From Candidatus Woesearchaeota archaeon (lineage in GTDB: Archaea; Nanobdellota; Nanobdellia; Woesearchaeales; JAGWAF01), in contig JAFGCE010000057.1 in NCBI GenBank assembly GCA_016932755.1, positions 1 through 37,460 on the forward strand: DNA of 37,460 bases, read 5' to 3'. The translations under genes were made by a program, and so were the position numbers. Shown in pieces: positions 33,812 through 37,460 of this stretch. The notes under the pieces were generated by a model, which saw only the letters and a program-made list of their open reading frames with translations, was not told the DNA's origin and searched no databases. Position 1 is the first letter of the stretch, and each line of letters begins with the position of its first letter.

Positions 33812-36439
33812 ATGTCTGAAAAATATGTGTACTCTTTTGAGGAAGGCAAAAAAGAGATGAAAATGCTTCTTGGAGGAAAAGGAGCAAACCTGGCTGAGAT
33901 GACAAGCCTGGGGATGCCGATTCCACCTGGATTTACAGTAACAACAGAGGTTTGCGACCTCTATTACAAAAACGGCAGAAAGCATACTCCTCTAGTTATT
34001 GAGCAGATTGATAAAAAGCTCAAGGAGCTTGAGGAAAAGCAGGGCAAAAAACTGGGGGACAAGGAAGACCCTCTTCTTGTTTCTGTAAGGTCAGGAGCTG
34101 CTGTATCAATGCCGGGCATGATGGATACTGTCCTCAACCTGGGGCTTAATGACGAATCAGTCATAGGCATAGCAAAGAAAACCTCAAATGACAGGTTTGC
34201 GTGGGATTCTTACAGAAGATTCATACAGATGTTTGGAAATGTAGTTATGGGTGTTGAGCACAGCCAGTTTGAGGAAGTCCTTGACAAGGTAAAAGAAACA
34301 AAGGGTGTTGAGCTTGACACAGAGCTTGATACAGATGACCTGAAGGAAGTTGTAAAAGGCTACAAGGAAGTAATACAGAAGGAAAAAGGGAAGTCATTCC
34401 CCCAAAACCCAAGAGAACAGCTCCAGATGTCAATTGACGCTGTTTTCGGCTCATGGAACAACCCCAGGGCTATATCCTACAGGAGGATCAATGACATCAA
34501 GGGACTTCTTGGAACAGCTGTTAATGTCCAGACAATGGTCTTTGGAAATATGGGTGAAAACTCAGGCACAGGAGTGTGCTTCAGCAGAAACCCTTCAACA
34601 GGGGAAAACAAGTTCTACGGCGAATACCTTATGAATGCCCAGGGAGAGGACGTTGTTGCTGGAATAAGAACGCCCCATCCAATAAAAGAGCTTGAAAAAG
34701 CAATGCCAAAATGCTACAAAGAGCTTGTTGAGATAAGGGACAAGCTTGAGAAGCACTACAAAGACATGCAGGACATGGAATTCACAATACAGGAAGGCAA
34801 GCTTTACATGCTGCAGACAAGAAACGGAAAAAGGACTGCTGCAGCTGCTGTCAAGATTGCTGTTGACATGGAAAAAGAAAAGCTGATAAGCAAGAAAGAG
34901 GCGCTGATGAGAGTTGAGCCAAACCAGCTTAACCAGCTGCTTCACAAACAGCTTGACCCTATCGGAAAGCAGAAAGCTGAAGTTCTGGCAAAAGGGCTTC
35001 CTGCCTCGCCTGGGGCTGCTGTCGGAGAAGTTGCTTTCACAGCTGAAAAAGCGCATGAATGGGCTCAGGAAGGAAGAAAAGTCATACTTGTAAGGACAGA
35101 GACAAGCCCTGAAGACATTGAAGGCATGAATGCAGCGCAGGGAATCCTTACCTCAAGAGGAGGCATGACTTCGCACGCAGCTGTTGTCGCAAGAGGCATG
35201 GGAAAATGCTGTGTTGCGGGATGCTCAGATGTCAATGTCAAGGAAAAGGAAGGAATATTCACAGTTGGAAATATTACAGTAAAAGAAGGTGACTGGATAA
35301 CTCTTGACGGAACAGCAGGAGAGGTAATACTCGGGCAGGTTCCGACAACAGACCCGAGCCTAAGCGGAGACTTTGGAACCCTCATGGAATGGGCTGACGA
35401 AGTAAGAAAGCTTGGAGTCAGGACAAATGCAGACACGCCAAAAGACGCTGAAGTTGCAAAGAAATTCGGAGCAGAAGGAATCGGGCTTTGCAGAACAGAG
35501 CACATGTTCTTTGAAGGCGAGAGAATAAAGGCTGTCAGGGAAATGATACTTTCAAGCAATGTTGAAGGAAGGAAAAGAGCTTTGGTTAAGCTTCTTCCGA
35601 TGCAGCAGGGAGACTTTGAAGGGATTTTTGAGGTTATGGGCGAACTGCCTGTCACAATAAGGCTGCTTGACCCTCCGCTGCACGAGTTCCTGCCTCATGA
35701 AGAGAAGGATATTGAAGAGCTGGCAAAGGAAATGAATGTCAAGGCAGGTGTGCTGAAGGACAAAGTCAGTTCACTGCACGAATTAAACCCTATGCTTGGG
35801 CACAGGGGATGCAGGCTCGCAATAACATTCCCTGAAATTGCAGAAATGCAGGCTGAAGCAATAATCAAGGCAGCTATCAACACTGCAAAGAAAACAGGCA
35901 AGAAAATTGTTCCTGAAATAATGATTCCTCTTGTTGGAGAGGTAAAGGAGCTTGCCTACCTGAGGGAAGTTGTTGAGAAAAAAGTCAAGGAGATAATTGC
36001 AAAAGAGAAGTCAAGCATAAAATACAAGATAGGGACAATGATTGAGGTCCCAAGAGGGGCTTTGACAGCTGATGCTGTTGCAGAACATGCAGAGTTTTTC
36101 AGCTTCGGAACAAACGACTTGACTCAGATGACATTCGGATTCAGCAGAGACGACGTAGGAAAGTTCGTTCCTGAATACATCGAGAAAGGGATACTTGAGA
36201 AAGACCCTTTCCAGGTACTAGACCAGACAGGAGTCGGACAGCTTGTCAAGATGGCTGTTGAAAAAGGCAGAAAGACAAGAAAAGACCTTAAGCTGGGAAT
36301 CTGCGGAGAACACGGAGGAGAGCCAAGCTCAGTTGAGTTCTGCCATAATGCCGGCTTGACTTATGTAAGCTGCTCGCCTTACAGGGTTCCAATCGCAAGA
36401 TTGGCAGCTGCACATGCTGTGCTGAAAGAGAAGAAATAA
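33812..36439 (+). CDS. ppdK: Pyruvate, phosphate dikinase
   Basis: GGKGANLAEM, phosphohistidine loop GGMTSHAAVVARGMG, and C-terminal GLCRTEHMF, FSFGTNDLTQ, GICGEHGG motifs. The start is moved from 33758 to ATG 33812, with GGGGTGA 8 nt upstream. Confidence 0.95.
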   Translation: MSEKYVYSFEEGKKEMKMLLGGKGANLAEMTSLGMPIPPGFTVTTEVCDLYYKNGRKHTPLVIEQIDKKLKELEEKQGKKLGDKEDPLLVSVRSGAAVSMPGMMDTVLNLGLNDESVIGIAKKTSNDRFAWDSYRRFIQMFGNVVMGVEHSQFEEVLDKVKETKGVELDTELDTDDLKEVVKGYKEVIQKEKGKSFPQNPREQLQMSIDAVFGSWNNPRAISYRRINDIKGLLGTAVNVQTMVFGNMGENSGTGVCFSRNPSTGENKFYGEYLMNAQGEDVVAGIRTPHPIKELEKAMPKCYKELVEIRDKLEKHYKDMQDMEFTIQEGKLYMLQTRNGKRTAAAAVKIAVDMEKEKLISKKEALMRVEPNQLNQLLHKQLDPIGKQKAEVLAKGLPASPGAAVGEVAFTAEKAHEWAQEGRKVILVRTETSPEDIEGMNAAQGILTSRGGMTSHAAVVARGMGKCCVAGCSDVNVKEKEGIFTVGNITVKEGDWITLDGTAGEVILGQVPTTDPSLSGDFGTLMEWADEVRKLGVRTNADTPKDAEVAKKFGAEGIGLCRTEHMFFEGERIKAVREMILSSNVEGRKRALVKLLPMQQGDFEGIFEVMGELPVTIRLLDPPLHEFLPHEEKDIEELAKEMNVKAGVLKDKVSSLHELNPMLGHRGCRLAITFPEIAEMQAEAIIKAAINTAKKTGKKIVPEIMIPLVGEVKELAYLREVVEKKVKEIIAKEKSSIKYKIGTMIEVPRGALTADAVAEHAEFFSFGTNDLTQMTFGFSRDDVGKFVPEYIEKGILEKDPFQVLDQTGVGQLVKMAVEKGRKTRKDLKLGICGEHGGEPSSVEFCHNAGLTYVSCSPYRVPIARLAAAHAVLKEKK

Positions 36440-36444
36440 ACCTC

Positions 36445-36472
36445 TTTTTTGTTTTTTATTTTGCTTTTTCTT
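36445..36472 (+). terminator. Multiple oligo-T tracts after ppdK
   Basis: TTTTTTGTTTTTTATTTTGCTTTTTC starts 5 nt after the stop. Confidence 0.5.
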
Positions 36473-36519
36473 TAAATTCCACAAATTTTATATACAGAAC
36501 TCTACCTTTCATTGACTAT

Positions 36520-37460
36520 ATGATACAGAATATTTTATGGGCAGTTTCATTTTTCAGCTTGTGGCTGGTTTTAATCTGGCTGCAGGTAATGTATCTGGAA
36601 GAGCCGAAGAAGCACAGATGCAAAGAAACTCCTTTGGTCACTATAGCCATAGCTGCGTATAATGAAGAAAGAACAATTGAGAAAACCATCAGCTCTATCG
36701 CAAAAGCAGACTACCCTAAAGACAAAATAGAGATTATTGTTGTGAACGACGGAAGCAGGGACAGGACAGCAGATGTTGTTGAGGAGCTTATAAAAAAATA
36801 CCCTGATTTTGGCATAAAATTAATCAGCAAGCCAAACGGAGGAAAGGCTTCTGCGATAAACAGGGCTTTGGAAGCTGCGAAAGGAGAGCTTTTCGGGGTT
36901 GTTGATGCTGACAGCAGAATAAGCCCAAACTGCATGAGAATGATGGCTCCGTATTTTGCTGAAAAAAACCTGGGGGCTGTAATAAGCAGGATAAAAGTTG
37001 ACAAGCCAAACAAGCTTCTTGAAAGAATCCAGAGATTTGAATACATAATGAGCAACATGATTAGAAAGCTCATGGCTTCAATAGGCACTTTAGCTCTTAC
37101 TCCGGGAGTTCTTTCCATATACAGGACAAAGCTGATAAGAGAGCTGGGGGGATTTGATGAAAACAGGGCAAACCTCACAGAAGATTTGGAAATTGCAATG
37201 AGGCTTAAATACAACGGATATGATGTAAAGATGGAGTCTGAAAGCATTGTGTATACTGTTGTCCCAAAGACAATAAAAGGGCTGTGGAGGCAGAGGATAA
37301 GGTGGGCCAGAGGATATATCTATAATCACGTGAAATACAAGGACATGTTTTTCTCAAGAAAACATTCGCTTTTCGGAGTGTTCCAGATGCCTGTTAATAT
37401 TCTTGTGCTTATACTGCTGATTATAAATGTGTCAATCATAAGCTGGGCATTCCTAAGCGA
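36520..37460 (+). CDS. Family 2 glycosyltransferase, processive type (PgaC/chitin/cellulose-synthase-like); 3'-truncated by the window edge
   Basis: My own translation, since the ORF is absent from the track (no stop before the window end). It has an N-terminal TM, then VTIAIAAYNEE, VVNDGSRD, VVDADS, TEDLE and the RQRIRWARG (Q-x-x-RW) motif, followed by TM segments. Confidence 0.85.
   Translation, partial: MIQNILWAVSFFSLWLVLIWLQVMYLEEPKKHRCKETPLVTIAIAAYNEERTIEKTISSIAKADYPKDKIEIIVVNDGSRDRTADVVEELIKKYPDFGIKLISKPNGGKASAINRALEAAKGELFGVVDADSRISPNCMRMMAPYFAEKNLGAVISRIKVDKPNKLLERIQRFEYIMSNMIRKLMASIGTLALTPGVLSIYRTKLIRELGGFDENRANLTEDLEIAMRLKYNGYDVKMESESIVYTVVPKTIKGLWRQRIRWARGYIYNHVKYKDMFFSRKHSLFGVFQMPVNILVLILLIINVSIISWAFLS

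Noticed and set aside
33066-33926. 286-aa minus-strand ORF across the gatE 3' half and the ppdK 5' end
   Set aside because: It crosses the gatE/ppdK intergenic promoter and has Ser/Phe/Leu-rich shadow composition.
36711-37329. 178-aa and 79-aa minus-strand ORFs at the window end
   Set aside because: They are antisense to an unlisted plus-strand GT2 ORF (36520 to the window end) with clear D-x-D and Q-x-x-RW motifs.
1-37460. CRISPR arrays, transposons, rRNA genes, stop-codon reassignment
   Set aside because: I found no regularly spaced direct repeats, transposase or integrase motifs, or rRNA-like sequence. TAA, TAG and TGA all terminate well-supported genes.

Overview
The window reads as a gene-dense chromosomal segment of a low-GC archaeon, possibly a small-genome DPANN-type lineage. 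That placement rests on Orc1/Cdc6, GatD and GatE, RtcB with archease, deoxyhypusine synthase, an A1:U72 initiator-like tRNA, K/E-rich proteins, and many ATGs about 25-30 nt after ATATTTAAA-like TATA boxes. All calls come from motif recognition by eye; no searches were run. About 40 genes are supported, mostly housekeeping: SMC, RNase HII, SerRS, Orc1/Cdc6, TsaC/Sua5, RtcB, archease, TatD, DHS, Cdc48, parvulin, GatD, GTP-PEPCK, GatE and PPDK. There are also two tRNAs, and partial glycosyltransferases at both window edges (the GT2 at the 3' edge is missing from the ORF track because it has no stop). I found no CRISPR array, transposase, integrase or rRNA. The least explained DNA is the 559-bp non-coding block just 3' of orc1/cdc6 (15287-15845). 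It holds ORB-like TCCAGTG repeats, a TATA-to-oligoT structured RNA-like unit, a Shine-Dalgarno-led 39-codon ORF with its own terminator hairpin, and an AT-rich tract. I read it as a candidate replication origin with embedded small genes. Other items worth a look are an HPF/RaiA-like protein, a Cys-rich Fe-S protein coupled to DHS, two uncharacterized genes tightly coupled to archease-RtcB, a SecB-like ORF beside Cdc48, and three unrecognizable orphan ORFs. I cannot point to one clearly novel multi-gene system.
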